A stretch of DNA of 59,008 bases, counting the filler, from Streblomastix strix (taxonomy: Eukaryota): the NCBI GenBank assembly GCA_008636045.1. It is 3 parts of 3 records of this genome, joined end to end, with 100 filler letters (N's around TTAATTAATTAA, not from the genome) between each part and the next. Parts side by side here need not be neighbours in the genome. Positions count along the whole stretch, not along the records: positions 19,713 to 39,323 come from SNRW01000502.1; positions 39,424 to 59,008 come from SNRW01000504.1; 1 more part is not named here. The stretch is one strand, 5' to 3'. Shown here in pieces: positions 38,701 to 51,078 of this stretch. The position numbers and the translations under genes were made by a program. The stretch's first letter is position 1. The number at the start of each line of letters is the position of its first letter. Under the pieces are notes generated by a model. That model had not been told where the DNA came from, searched no databases, and worked only from the letters and a program-made list of their open reading frames with translations.

Positions 38701-39323
38701 ATGTGAGAACTTTAATTTTTCTTCAATATTTCTCGTTACACATTATAAATAAATAAAAAAATTAAATTTTTTAAGAATTAACTTAAAAATTGGAAATGTT
38801 AGATTAATGTCAGTTACACAAATCAAACAGCTATTTTTTCTTCAACTTTTCTCCAACTTTTAACAAAATATAAATAATTATTTTGCAATAATTATTTTCA
38901 AAAAATGAGTATCTTCTCCTAAGCAATCATATTAGAAAATTGAAATATATCTTTTAATTTGAGATTAAAAGCGATTATAAAATCTATCTATCGAATTAAC
39001 CAAGACTATCATTTTGTAAAATCAGTTCTTGTCCACTAAATTTAGAACGATTTAAGAAATTACACAAATATTTATACTATTAATTCCTTTCGAAAAAATC
39101 AATTTAGTTTAATTTTATTAACCATTATAAATAAATTAATGCAAAAATTCAGCATATGTAGACATTTTGTTAAAAAAAATTTTAGTAAATTTAGCAAAAA
39201 ATTCAAGAGATAACAAATTCTCATCTATCGGAAATCATAAACTACAATTTTAAATTCTGAAATAAAATTATATATATAAGTAATTAGTAAAAAAAAAGCA
39301 ACAAATCTAAGAGATAAAAAATT

Positions 39324-39423
39324 NNNNNNNNNNNNNNNNNNNNNNNNNNNNNNNNNNNNNNNNNNNNTTAATTAATTAANNNNNNNNNNNNNNNNNNNNN
39401 NNNNNNNNNNNNNNNNNNNNNNN
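39324..39423. other. Artificial contig-joining linker
   Basis: 44 N + TTAATTAATTAA (39368-39379) + 44 N. Confidence 0.97.
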
Positions 39424-39799
39424 GGAATTCTGACCTATGATAAAATATTTATATTTTTAATATATAGTCAAATAAAAAGTGAAAAATATAAAGAAAAATG
39501 AATGTTTTCTGATTGACTTGAGAATATGTTCCAAGGATAATGTTGATATGTTGATCACGAATTTGATGTTAAAAGTGAGTATTGTAACTGTTGCATGAGG
39601 TAAATTATGCGGATTAATGCCATTGATTAAATTCGTAGATAAATTATATAGATTGACCATACATATTGAGTACTCAGATGGTTATGCTTGAAATCGTGGA
39701 TAAATTGAATGAATTGTCTATGTGTGCCAGTGTGCCGAGTTGGACCCCCTAAATTTGACCCATTTAGAGAAAGTCGGTCTGTCGGTCGGTTAATGAAAT

Positions 39800-40190
39800 A
39801 TGTCAGCCAAATGAAAGATGAGACAAAATTTTTGTCTTGTGTTAGTGCGTATGTGCTAGAGCTGTGGACGAATTGAATAATTATCCATATTAGACAAAAG
39901 ATAATACAAGACAAAAAATTTTGAGTCCGACGAAAACGCGTGATATATCGACATATTGACATATTTGAGAATTAATTTGCAAAGATAAGAATCACGGATA
40001 AATTGAATATAATGACCATACCAATAAATGTTGCAGATAAATTGGTGATAAGACAAAATTTCTGTCTCATGTTAGTTCATATGTGCTAGCGCTGTGGATG
40101 AATTGAATAATTATCTATATAAGACAAAAGACAAGACAAATCCTTTGAACGACAGCAATTTTTGTCTACCTTATGCCATATGCCATAAAT
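39800..40190 (+). repeat. Two tandem copies (about 39800-39915 and 40030-40190) of a ~160-bp repeat upstream of primase-helicase copy 1
   Basis: Shared AGACAAAATTT(T/C)TGTCT palindrome, GTTAGT..., TGTGCTAG(A/C)GCTGTGGA(C/T)GAATTGAATAATTATC, and AGACAAAAGA. Confidence 0.85.
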
Positions 40191-40243
40191 TAAATAAAAA
40201 TATTGTTTTAACAAACTATTTGAACTTTTTATCCGTAACCAAA

Positions 40244-43060
40244 ATGGCAACAGTAGAATCTTCAAGCATCAATTCAAACTCAAATGAATCCATAAACGTT
40301 AAATATGAGACACTCGAGAAAGGTTCATCGCGTAAGTATAATCGTAAATCGAAAACCAATGACAAAGCAAAAGCATTGATTGATTAAATGATTAGGGAAC
40401 AAATTATAGAATAATCTGTTGAATAACTTATTGATTAACCTAGTGAATAACTTATTAAATAAACCATATTTGTTCTATTAAATTCTGAAGTATGTATTGA
40501 AACAAGACTTGAAAAGTAATAAGAAGCATACAGATTAGAGAAGTTATAGAAACAAGCAGAATAAGTATAAAATGACAAAGTATAAGTAGAATAACTTCTA
40601 GATGTACTGGAACCGATATTTGAATAACATTACTAAGAATTCTAGAATAAAACAATTAGCGAAAGAGTAAAAAATGCAAATATTAACATTGTAAATTATA
40701 CTAAAATAGGATAATAATAAGGTCAGAAAAAATAAGTAACAGGTAACTTATTTGATTTAACTCTTGTTGAAGATGGTAATTTATGTGTAATTGATTTTGA
40801 TATTAATCATGAACTACCAAAAGAGAAGATTGATGAGATAAGCTAGAATATAATCGATAACATGCTTCCTATTAATGTTGGATTAGTTAAAACAGCTAAT
40901 GGAGGTCTACATGCTTATTGTAATAGAAGTTGATATATTTTACCTGCAAATCGATGTGTAAAATGTATTATATTAGATAATATTGAGATTGTTATATTTG
41001 GATAAATGTTTAAGAATAAAGATTATGCTGATGATCCTAAATAGAAAGAACTTGTATAGAATCGAGTTGTTGGACTTAATTCATCATTCCAAGAAATGAA
41101 AAATAATAAAAGAGAGACATTTAAATATGACATATTTAATGATTGAGGTAACATGACACATCTAGCAAATCTAAGAGATATATTGGATAAATGGAATGTC
41201 GATATTGAGATATCATATATTGATCACATCGAAAAGAAATAAAAACGAGAATTTGGATAATAGATTACGGATGTTGGAATTATTGAGTAAATGAATGATG
41301 AATTTTCATAAGCATGTATTGATGGTTTGAAGAATTTAACGATTCATAACTATCCTTAAGCAATAAATATGGAAGTATCTCTTGTAAGTATATTTTCAGG
41401 ACTATATGGAATCACTAATGAATCGATTCGACTATAAGGAATAAATAGTATTCGCAAATTTAACTAGCTAACTGCAAACGCTGATAAGAACTATGGATAA
41501 GCAGCTTCTAATGGAGATCGGAAACCAAATATATGAATCCATACAAATATCTTAAAATACCATAATAATGATTACTATGAATAAATAATTAAACTATTAT
41601 TGAAATAGAATTATGATGCAAAGAAAAAGGAAAAATAAATTTTAATTAACTAGACAATAATACCGAATAAGATTGATTTATCAGATGAATTCACTCTACT
41701 TGATATGCAAGAGAAAGCAGCTAATGGACAATATGAAAATGAAGAGTAAGTTTTAAAGGATTTAACTAGTATACTACGAAGGTGAAACTAAAGATTTATA
41801 CGCGATTTAAGGATATGATGCTATTTGTGACACATAAGTTTTATATCATAAATTAGAAGGAACAGTCTATAAATAGTTAGATAAAGTGATTAAAAATTAT
41901 AGTAACTAAAAGTCAAAGACTGAGCAAGCGAAGAAAGATCCTGAAAACGATAATAAAAAAATAACTAACTACAAAACATATCTTTAAGAAATACGCTTCA
42001 AAATTTGTGATGAAAGGATGAAAATTTATAAGTGAAGATCCTAAAATTCTCACAGTTTTCCAAGGGTACAAACATAAGAAATTAGATACAATCGGCTATG
42101 AATGCTTGCAAATGTACTTCGATTTAATTAAAGAAACTATTGCTGCAGGCGATGAAAAAGTTTATGAAAATATTCTTAATTGGATAGCATGGATGATACA
42201 AAATCCCGGAAAAAAGTCTAAAGCAGCAATTATATTACAAGGTTGATGAGGAATAGGCAAAAATAGATTCACTGGTATTATTGCTGAACTAACAAGTCGA
42301 TACAGCTGTCCAAATATAACAAACATAGATGAGTTCACAGGAAGGTTCAATTCAATAGTTGAGAATAAGATGTTTGCAGTATTGAATGAGATGATGAATT
42401 ACAACGATTCTAAGAAAGGAGTTGCAATAGCAATGAAATCGATATTTTCTGATCTAACTATAAGAATTAATGAAAAGAATTAACCAAGAAGAACTGCTGA
42501 GAATGTTATGAATATAATCTATGTAACAAACGCTGATATGCCTGTATAATTGGACACTGATGATAGACGTCATTTAGTATGTGCTTGTAAAACTGTCCAT
42601 CAAGTAACTGAAAAACATAAAGAAGATGCCGAATATTTTAAAGAGCTAAGTTAAAGCTATACATAAGAATTCTATGAGAATTTGAAGACATTTTTACTTG
42701 AAAGAGATATTTCATAGATCAGTCCTGCAATAATTTCAATGACTGAAGTTAAAAAATAATTGATGAATGTTAGTCGATCACCAGTAGATGATATAATTAT
42801 GGAGCATTATGAACAGTTCAAATAAGTAATTCCAATAGCTCCTACAAATTAATGTAAACCTTAAAATTGGCTATTAAAGAGATATAAGAATGCTTTGGAA
42901 CATAAATGCTCAACATCAAGACCATATATTAACGGAGCATAAACAAGAGTATATGTATTGAACAAAGATTAATAGACATATTATGATAATATGATGACTG
43001 AAGAAGATTTCGAAATTTCTAAAAAAACAATCAGAAATACAATAAATCAATGGGACAGTT
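40244..43060 (+). pseudogene. Prim-pol + SF3 (D5-like) primase-helicase, copy 1, intronless, several frameshifts and stops
   Basis: LCVIDFDIN (DxD) and GLVKTANGGLHAY (prim-pol His motif). NWIAWMIQNPGKKSKAAIILQG**GIGKNRFT (Walker A), FTGRFNSIVENKMFAVLNE (Walker B), RINEKNQPRRTAENVMNIIYVTN...DDRRH (motif C and Arg finger). Confidence 0.85.
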
Positions 43061-43529
43061 CTAAAGGTTTCATACTAGCGTTCCAATCTTTTTATTGGTT
43101 ATAATAACTAATTTTGATTTTATTATTAAATTACTAATATTTATGTATATAATAACTTTGCTTTAAGGAAGTTTCAAATATATTTAAATATAAAATTTTT
43201 TTTAAATATTATTACAATTTTTCAATTAAAATTTTTATTTAAAAATATTAAATATTTAAAAAATTTATAAGTATTTTTATTATTTAATTATTTTTTTGAA
43301 AAATGGTCCCTACGAATAGACTTCAAATATATTAAATTACATATAATTTCCTATAATAGTTAAATTTGAAAAGTTATCTAATATATCTTTTATATTTTAT
43401 GGAGTTCTTAAAGCCAAAAAGTATACAACCATTAGAACTGGCCTAATTGAAGATGATAGATTCGCTAATTAAATGGTATAGAATATAAAAAAAGAATGAA
43501 AATTGAATTTATTTTTTTTTCAAAGATTT

Positions 43530-43695
43530 ATGGCAGACAAATTGGCGATAAGACAAAAATTCTGTTTCATGTTAGTACGTGTTTGCTAGCGCTGTGGACG
43601 AATTAAATGAATTAATATATAAGACAAAAGACAAGACGAGACAAATCCTATGAAAGCCCGCTATTTTTGTCTGCCATCTGCCATATGCTATAAAT
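43530..43695 (+). repeat. Third copy of the ~160-bp repeat, downstream of primase-helicase copy 1 in direct orientation
   Basis: Aligns by eye with 40030-40190 over its full length. Its own ends are inverted (ATGGCAGACAAA ... TTTGTCTGCCAT). Confidence 0.85.
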
Positions 43696-43919
43696 GTCAT
43701 ATCCTTCAATTTGAATCAAAATTTGAAGGTCTAGCGAATAATTAATGAATGAGTCAATATATAGTCTGTCATAAAAATTATAAATATGGCATGACTCTTA
43801 AAATAAGTGAGACAAATATGTCTTATGGTTATTGAACATAGATATTAATTTTGAAAATAAATGATTCTATGGTTATCGAAAAAACTTCAATATATTTGTG
43901 AAAATGAGGATAAGACAAT

Positions 43920-46467
43920 TCTGAAAGTCGATCTTTGATTAGCCTTCAACAACAGAGCATCATCTTCTCCTTTAATGTATAAAACTCCTGAATTAGCTTT
44001 ACTATTGAGCAGATTATCGGCTTTTCCTTTAGTGTATGCATTTATCAATTATGTTTTATCAAACTTCAACAACAGCAGAGCATCATCTTCCTATTTGGTG
44101 TATGAATCAATCAATTACGTTTTATCAGCCGTCAATATCAACAAAGCGTCATCTTCCAATTTGGTGTATGAAACTCTTGAATTTGCTTTACTAATTAAAA
44201 GATTATTTGTTTCTATTTTTGTATATGCATCAATCAATTATGTTTTATCAGCCTTCAATAACAGCAGAGCATCATCTTCCTATTTGGTGTATGAATCAAT
44301 CAATTACGTTTTATCAGCCGTCAATATCAACAAAGCGCCATCTTCCAATTTGGTGTATGAAACTCTTGAATTTGCTTTATTAATTAAAAGATTATTTGTT
44401 TTTATTTTTGTATATGCATCAATCAATTATGTTTTATCAGCCTTCAATAACAGCAAAGCATCATCTTATGTCTAGGTATAACCATCGATTTAATCAGATA
44501 TAATTGATTTGTCGTCGAGTAGGGCATCGACTTCTATTTTATTGTAAGCATCGATTAGCTCTGTTTTATCAGCCTTCAATAACAGCAGAACATCATCTTA
44601 ATTCTTCGAATAAGCATCAATTTAATCGCTAAAGTTTAATTTTAGATTTAATTTTTAATCTGTCTCAGTTTATGAATGTGTTTATGATTTATTAAAATAA
44701 TTTGATAAATCAACGCTTGCATTTATGTCCTATATTGCCTTTACACCACCATCAGCTAATACTACGCTTAAATTGTCATAATTTTGAACTTAAATGCCAA
44801 CAGAATGAATAGTGCTGGTAAATGTTTTTGAACCGCTAAATATTTTAATTATAGTTTGCGGTAACAAGATTTATATTTTTCGCAGTTATTAATGTATTTC
44901 CACTGAATGACAAATCACTTATTGCATTACCTACACCTGTAGCTGTTCCAAGAGTTGTAATGACATTGGTCATATCAGGTTATTTAGTTTCTAATACTTT
45001 TAAATCAGTGCAATCCCACCAATAATCCACTACTTATTCATCAACTATATAAAAATTATCATCTGTCGCAAGTTTCGCAACATTGTCTTGAATTGCCATC
45101 CAATCATTCAAATCTGACTATATATCGAATTCATATGCTTTTGATTTTCCAGAAACAATATCTCGAACCTCTTATAATTCAGTTTAATTCACTAATGAAC
45201 TCACTAGCATATCTCCACCACCAGCAAGAAGAAAAGAAGCATTATTTTAACTCTATTTTGAAACACTTGCAACTGTTATAATATTGAACTATTTTTGACC
45301 TGCTTTTGTTTGAGCAGTGCCTAAATTAACGTAATCCGCAAGCTCTGTTTTACCAGCCTTCAATAGCAGCAGCGTATAATCTTCTGATTTGGTGTAAGCA
45401 TCCATTTAATCTGAAATATTTAATTTTTTATCGAGTAGGACATCGGCTTCAGTTTTATTATAAGCATCAATTTAATCTGTTATATTTAATTTGTCGTCTA
45501 GTAGGGCATCGACTTCGGTTTTATTGTAAGCATCAATTTAATCAGTAATATATAATTTGTCATCGAGTAGGGTATCGGCATCAGTTTTCGAATATGCATC
45601 AATTAGCTCTGTTTTATCTGCCTTCAACAACAGCAAAACATCATCTTCTTATTTAGAATAAGCACTAATTTAGTCTGAAATATTTAATTTTATTGCTAAC
45701 ATCTCATAATATTCTTATTTAGTGTATGCATCAATGAGCTCAATTTTATCAGCCTTCAACAACAACAGAACATCGTCTTCCTATTTAGTGTAAGCATCAA
45801 TTTAATCAGTAATATATAATTTGTCATCGAGTAGGGTATCATCTTCAGTCTTCGAATATGCATCAATGAGCTCCGTTTTATCTGCCTTCAACAACATCAG
45901 AGCACCTTCTTCTGTTTTTGAATAAAAGTAGATTTAATCAAATATATTTAATTTGTCATAAAGTAGGGTATCGGTTTCAGTTTTGTTATATGCATCGAGT
46001 TAATCGAAAATATTTAATTTTAATGCTAACAATTCATCATCTTCAGTCTTCGAATATGCATCAATGAGCTCTGATTTATCAGCATTCAACAACTGCAGAG
46101 CATCGTCTTCTTATTTAGTGTAAGCATCAATTTAATCAGTAATATATAATTTGTCATCGAGTAGGGTATCATCTTCAGTCTTCGAATATGCATCAATGAG
46201 CTCTGATTTATGAGCCTTCAACAGCAGCAGAGCATCATCTTCTATCTTTGAATATGCATCGATTTAATCAGAAATATTTAATTTTTTATCTAACATTGCA
46301 TCAATTTCTTAACGATTATAGGGTTTAGGTGCTTCATTAATTATATTTATTAAATTTTCAATATTTTTAACCACATTAATTAAACCAATTGTGTTATACT
46401 TACTAGAACCATAAAGTGCCTAATCATGATTTAAAAAAACATCAAACATATGTAAATCTCCGTCCAT
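43920..46467 (-). pseudogene. Tandem-repeat protein (IDAYSKTEDDALLLLKADKTEL / IDAYNKTE.DALLDDKL.I.DQ units) with a fibre-like central domain
   Basis: Many ~22-aa repeats flank SKAYEFD..SDLNDW...DYWWD...TTLGTATG.GNAISD and SGSKTF. One frameshift near 44845; near-exact 183-bp duplication at about 44045-44410; intronless. Confidence 0.7.
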
Positions 46468-46487
46468 TTTACAAAAATAAAAATATT

Positions 46488-47060
46488 TTATTAATTGTAT
46501 AAAATTTTATTTAACACAGTAATTAATGCTTTTGAGACTGCACCAATAATTTTACTTGTTATTTCTCCTAAATCTAAAATACTTGTTATTTTTCTTATTT
46601 TTTGTAAGCATATTTTATAACTATCCCTTACTAAATTTACTTTTTCGACGTTTAGCTTTAATATATTTGCGTTCCCAATTAATATCTCATTTAATGTTTG
46701 AATTGAGTCGTTGCAGAATTTACTACAACATCTTTCATCATCTATAGACAATTAAATTTAACTTTCTGGGACGTCAAAAGTGTATGCAACAACCTGAATC
46801 AATTAATCTTCAGATAATACGAAATGCACTGATTCTTTAACCTTATGCTCGTCCTCACTAATGATATCCAATAGCCAACGACACACTGATGGATCAGGAG
46901 TTAAAGTTTCTTCAAATATTGAACTTCTGCGCCTTGCTGACAAGGTTGGCGTTTCACATATGATAACCTGTTGCTGAAATGGTTGCCGAAATAGTTGTTA
47001 AAATGGATCAATTTCCTTTTCAAATTATGGTTCTACTTCTGGAATAGTTGGACTCTTCAT
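46488..47060 (-). CDS. Hypothetical intronless protein (~190 aa) immediately upstream of the repeat-protein gene
   Basis: Open with TAR=Gln from ATG 47060 (MKSPTIPEVEPQFEKEID...VHFVLSEDQLIQVVAYTFDV...DDERCCSKFC...LNKILYN). The 3' end is uncertain. Confidence 0.55.
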
Positions 47061-47259
47061 TTTAATTATGTTAATAATAATTAATTATTTGCGCAAAATA
47101 AAGCCATTAATTGAGCCTAATCAACAGTTTCAGATTAAGCTAAAAATTTTTATTTTCGGAATCAGCACATATGGATTGTGTATATATTTGATTATCAAAT
47201 GATTTTAAAATTTCTTGAAAATAAAGTTATTTTTTTATTTTTTAATTGTTTAATTTCTA

Positions 47260-47935
47260 CAGCCGGGCCTATTTCCCTATTAATTGTTAATATTTGCGAT
47301 AACTGGTGTTAACGTGCATGAATTCGCCTTGACAAATAGTACATTTTATATAATTGCAAATAAAATATTGAAATTAACAGTCAATATTATCAAAATTTAA
47401 TATTTATTTATACATATAATAATTATTACTGTAGAAAACATGGTCTTAATCTCCAAAAAATTTCAGAAATGAATAATATTTATAAAATATTATAAAAATA
47501 TAGTATGTTCATGATTAAAATAATATAATTTAATTAAAAACTTTAAAATTTAAAAGTAGACATTGTTTTGAATGTTTTCTGTGGTAAAATAATAAATTTT
47601 AATAATTGAAATTTAATTGATGCAAATCTAGCTAACATCAACCTGAGATTTAAATAATTTTTATTAATAAATTGTAAATAATATAAATTAAAAATACAAA
47701 AAATAACGTATTTCAAACTTTACAGACTGATAGGTCGCTATGGACGCATAAATGTTTATAATTTTCTCCAGCAGGCTTCATACTGTAATATTGGATGTAT
47801 TCGAAGGAAAATCACATAAAATCTACATTAAAATATATTTAAATATATGGCATATATTTTTATAACGTGTATATCGAGCGGGAATTTTTATAAGACCAAA
47901 TAAATTAACAATTAATAAGGAAATAGGCCCAGCTG
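47260..47935. mobile_element. Non-autonomous Tc1/mariner-pogo-type element (MITE), 676 bp
   Basis: TIRs CAGCCGGGCCTATTTCCCTATTAATTGTT and AACAATTAATAAGGAAATAGGCCCAGCTG, each flanked by TA (47258-59, 47936-37). Confidence 0.85.
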
Positions 47936-48225
47936 TATGAATAATAACATTAAAAATTTAAGCCAAAAAATAAGCCTAAAATTAATGTTTCTGATTAGCC
48001 TTGAGAATGATGTTTATATACAATATTGATACGTAAAATTCAAAAATGGCGTTTAAATCGAAATCTTTAACTGTTGATGAATCCGAATTTTTCAATATAA
48101 AAGTATATGTTTTTGGAGCGGGAAATTGAAGAGGATAGTGAATGACTTTTGACTGGACCGAGTGTTCCGAGTGTTTCGAGTAAAATAGGTTCTATAAAAA
48201 ATGCCAGCCGATCCGCCAGATAGTC

Positions 48226-48367
48226 GAAACATAAATGAAAAGCGTGAATTTGGCACGATGGTTTGGCTTCGTTAATGAATGACTTTAAAGTGGTCAAAGT
48301 GCTCATATCCTGAGGGCATTTTTAACTCATTTAAGAATTTAGCTGTCAATATACCAATATGCCAATT
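48226..48367 (+). repeat. Left inverted repeat flanking primase-helicase copy 2
   Basis: Reverse complement of 50936-51078. Core is TAATGAATGACTTTAAAGTGGTCA...CCTGAGGG...TTAGCTG.CAATATACCAATATG.CAATT. Confidence 0.85.
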
Positions 48368-48469
48368 TGCCAAATAAAAACTTTAAAAAATTAATAATTA
48401 AACTTAATTTAAAAATAAACGAGTTTTTTTTAAAAAAAATCTGAGATTTTTACTGGTAATAAATCGCAA

Positions 48470-50880
48470 GCAATAAGAATCCAACTTCTGACTATTCATT
48501 GAGTTCCATTTTGTTAACAATTGATGCTTTGAAATCTTCATAAAACATTTAATAAAATAAATAATTATATAAACAATTTGATTAAATTTATACCTAAACG
48601 CTAAGTGATAGAATCAGAGATGCAACAACAGATATATATAATTATGTTAAATTTCCAACGAATAAAAATATCGGTTATAAATCAGGATAGGCTATAGATA
48701 TTGCAAAATGTTAAGGGTTAGCAATTATCGATATTGATATAAATAAAATATTAAATGAAGAATAAAGGAAATAAATAAGAGATTAGGTAATTAAGCGACT
48801 TGGCTAAATGATTGATTAAAAACGGCTAGTTTAAACCGCCCATGGAGAACTACATTTATATAGAAATTTGTATAGTTATAATTTTAAAAATAATTCATAA
48901 ATTAAAGTTTATAAAAATGAAAATTATGGGATTGATTTATTTTGTTGCGTTAATGAAAAATAACATTTGATAGTATAAGCTGGTTCTACAATTAGAGAGT
49001 CAAAAAATAATGAAAGATAAGTATTAAAATATATTGATTTAAATAATTATAAATCTAAATAAATTATGGAACCTCTTGAATGTATATTGGATTTATTAGG
49101 CATTGTCTTGCAGCAATATGTCGATAAAGAAATACCTTATATATCTGATAAAGGGACTATTTAATTATCGCGTGATTATGCGGAGTTGTTGGTTAAAGGT
49201 ATAGAAGGATTATAGATTCATAATGAAGCATAGAAATAGAAAAAGAAATAATCTTATTAACTTTGTTTTCGGGACTCGATGGACTAATCAATTGCGGGTT
49301 TAATGAGGAAGAGATTAAGTAAGTTTATGAATATGTTAAAGAATCCAATTACTTAACAGATAATGCAATTCAAAATTTGGAACAGAAAAAGATAAGATCT
49401 AATGATAAAAAATTCATATTCAATTTATAGAAAATTATTAAATATCATAAAAAATAACATTATGAGAATGTAATACTACCAGAGCTCAGAACATCAAACA
49501 ATTTAAACAAAAATATATCCGAAATGTAAATATTTGATATCGATTTACATGATGAATTTAATTTTGTTGATATAAAAAAATAAACATACTAAGGATGAAG
49601 AAGTTATATCGGATTTGACTAAAATTATTCGATTTGTTGAGTCGAAAATGGATTTCATTGTCAAAGCATATGATGTCTATGCAAAAAGATATGAATTAGA
49701 ACATAAGACAAAGACGGGTATGTTTGATGTTTTAAAAACTACGTTTTTATGGAAAGATGGTAAAAAATAATTAACTGTATTTCATATATTCGAAAAATAT
49801 ACATTATTATTAAGTATATAAGGTATAAAGTTCAATGAAAAATAGCTACACGGCGAGAGTTAGACGATACAACAAATTTACCCAATATTTTAAGGATGGA
49901 AATATGAACTACTTGAAAAATATGATAAAAATATAATAAAATAATATTTAAATTTAATATTAAACGTTATTTGCTCAGGAAATGAAAAATTATGTAAATA
50001 TATAATAAATTGGATTGAATTTATTCTTTAAAATGCAGGGAAGAAGACTGAATCTGTTTTTGTTTTAAAGGGTATTTAAGGCATTGGTAAGAACAGATTT
50101 ACAGATGTTTTATGTGAGCTCATGGCGGGCTTTAGTTGTAAAAATTGCACAAATAATAAAGAATTGACTGGCAATTTCAATTCAATCATCAAAGGAAAGG
50201 TCTTGATTGTAGCCAATGAGATGACAAATTTTGGAGAGGATAAACGAGCAAATAATGAGGGATTAATATCAATAGAAACTGATTATATGATTAGAATAAA
50301 TGAAAAAATTAGCCTCGTCGTGATGCTGAAAATGTAGCAAATTATATATTCGTTTCAAATAACTTTTTTCCAATAAAAATTGAAGCAAGTTATAAGCGTT
50401 ATGTAATATTAAAATGTAGCTCAATTCATAAAGTAGACGGTTAATACTTTAAAGAATTATGTAATATATAAGATGATAATTTTTACAATAATTTATTTAC
50501 TTTCTTTATATAATAAGATTTGAAAGATTTTGATATGCGACAACTACTCATGACAGAGGCAAAACGTGATATAATTAAGGCTAGTAAATCATAAAAAGAA
50601 GATGTAATATTAATGCTTATCGATGAATTTAAATAAGATGTACCATGTTCAAGTACATTATAATTCAAGCCCAACAATATGAAATAATAATTCTTTGAAA
50701 TTGGAATAAAGTCATATTGCAATCATAAAAAAAGTATATAAATAATCAATTCTTAAATGGTGCTATGAATTAAAACAAGAATTTTATGCTCAGTTCGATT
50801 GATTAAAAAATATGATAGTAAAAAAGACACCAACGAAGATGCTAATGATGACAAGCCATAGCCATTAGACGTTTGAGCTG
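48470..50880 (+). pseudogene. Prim-pol + SF3 (D5-like) primase-helicase, copy 2, frameshifted
   Basis: YNYVKFPT...GLAIIDIDINK...QTAHGELHLY; NWIEFILQNAGKKTESVFVLKGIQGIGKNRFT, LTGNFNSIIKGKVLIVANE, RINEK/NQPRRDAENVANYIFVSNN. Boundaries are approximate. Confidence 0.85.
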
Positions 50881-50935
50881 ATAATCGACTTTATTTTTGA
50901 TTCTAGTCATGAGAAACACATTAATATTTCATATC

Positions 50936-51078
50936 AATTGACATATTGGTATATTGGCAGCTAATTTCTATAATAAGTTAAAAACACCCTCAGGGTATGG
51001 GCACCCTGACCACTTTAAAGTCATTCATTACCAAACTCAATTATCCGTTCCAATTCAACGCTTTTCATTAACGTTTTC
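50936..51078 (-). repeat. Right inverted repeat flanking primase-helicase copy 2
   Basis: Reverse complement of 48226-48367. Confidence 0.85.

Noticed and set aside
19613..39423. TTAATTAATTAA within N-runs, and apparent neighbourhoods across them
   Set aside because: These are artificial linkers. Segment lengths of 19612, 19611 and at least 19585 suggest size-sorted unrelated contigs, so no synteny can be inferred across them.
40244..43060. TGAs in primase-helicase copy 1 as evidence for recoding
   Set aside because: The gene is frameshifted and some of its TGAs look like TGG or TAA decay (for example D*G and QG**GIGK), so they are uninformative.
43975..44475. 166-aa repetitive plus-strand ORF in the track
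   Set aside because: Antisense shadow of the minus-strand tandem-repeat gene.
39800..46320. CRISPR-like array suggested by regularly spaced repeats
   Set aside because: The repeats are either coding 66-bp units or long degenerate units without unique spacers. There are no cas genes and the context is eukaryotic.
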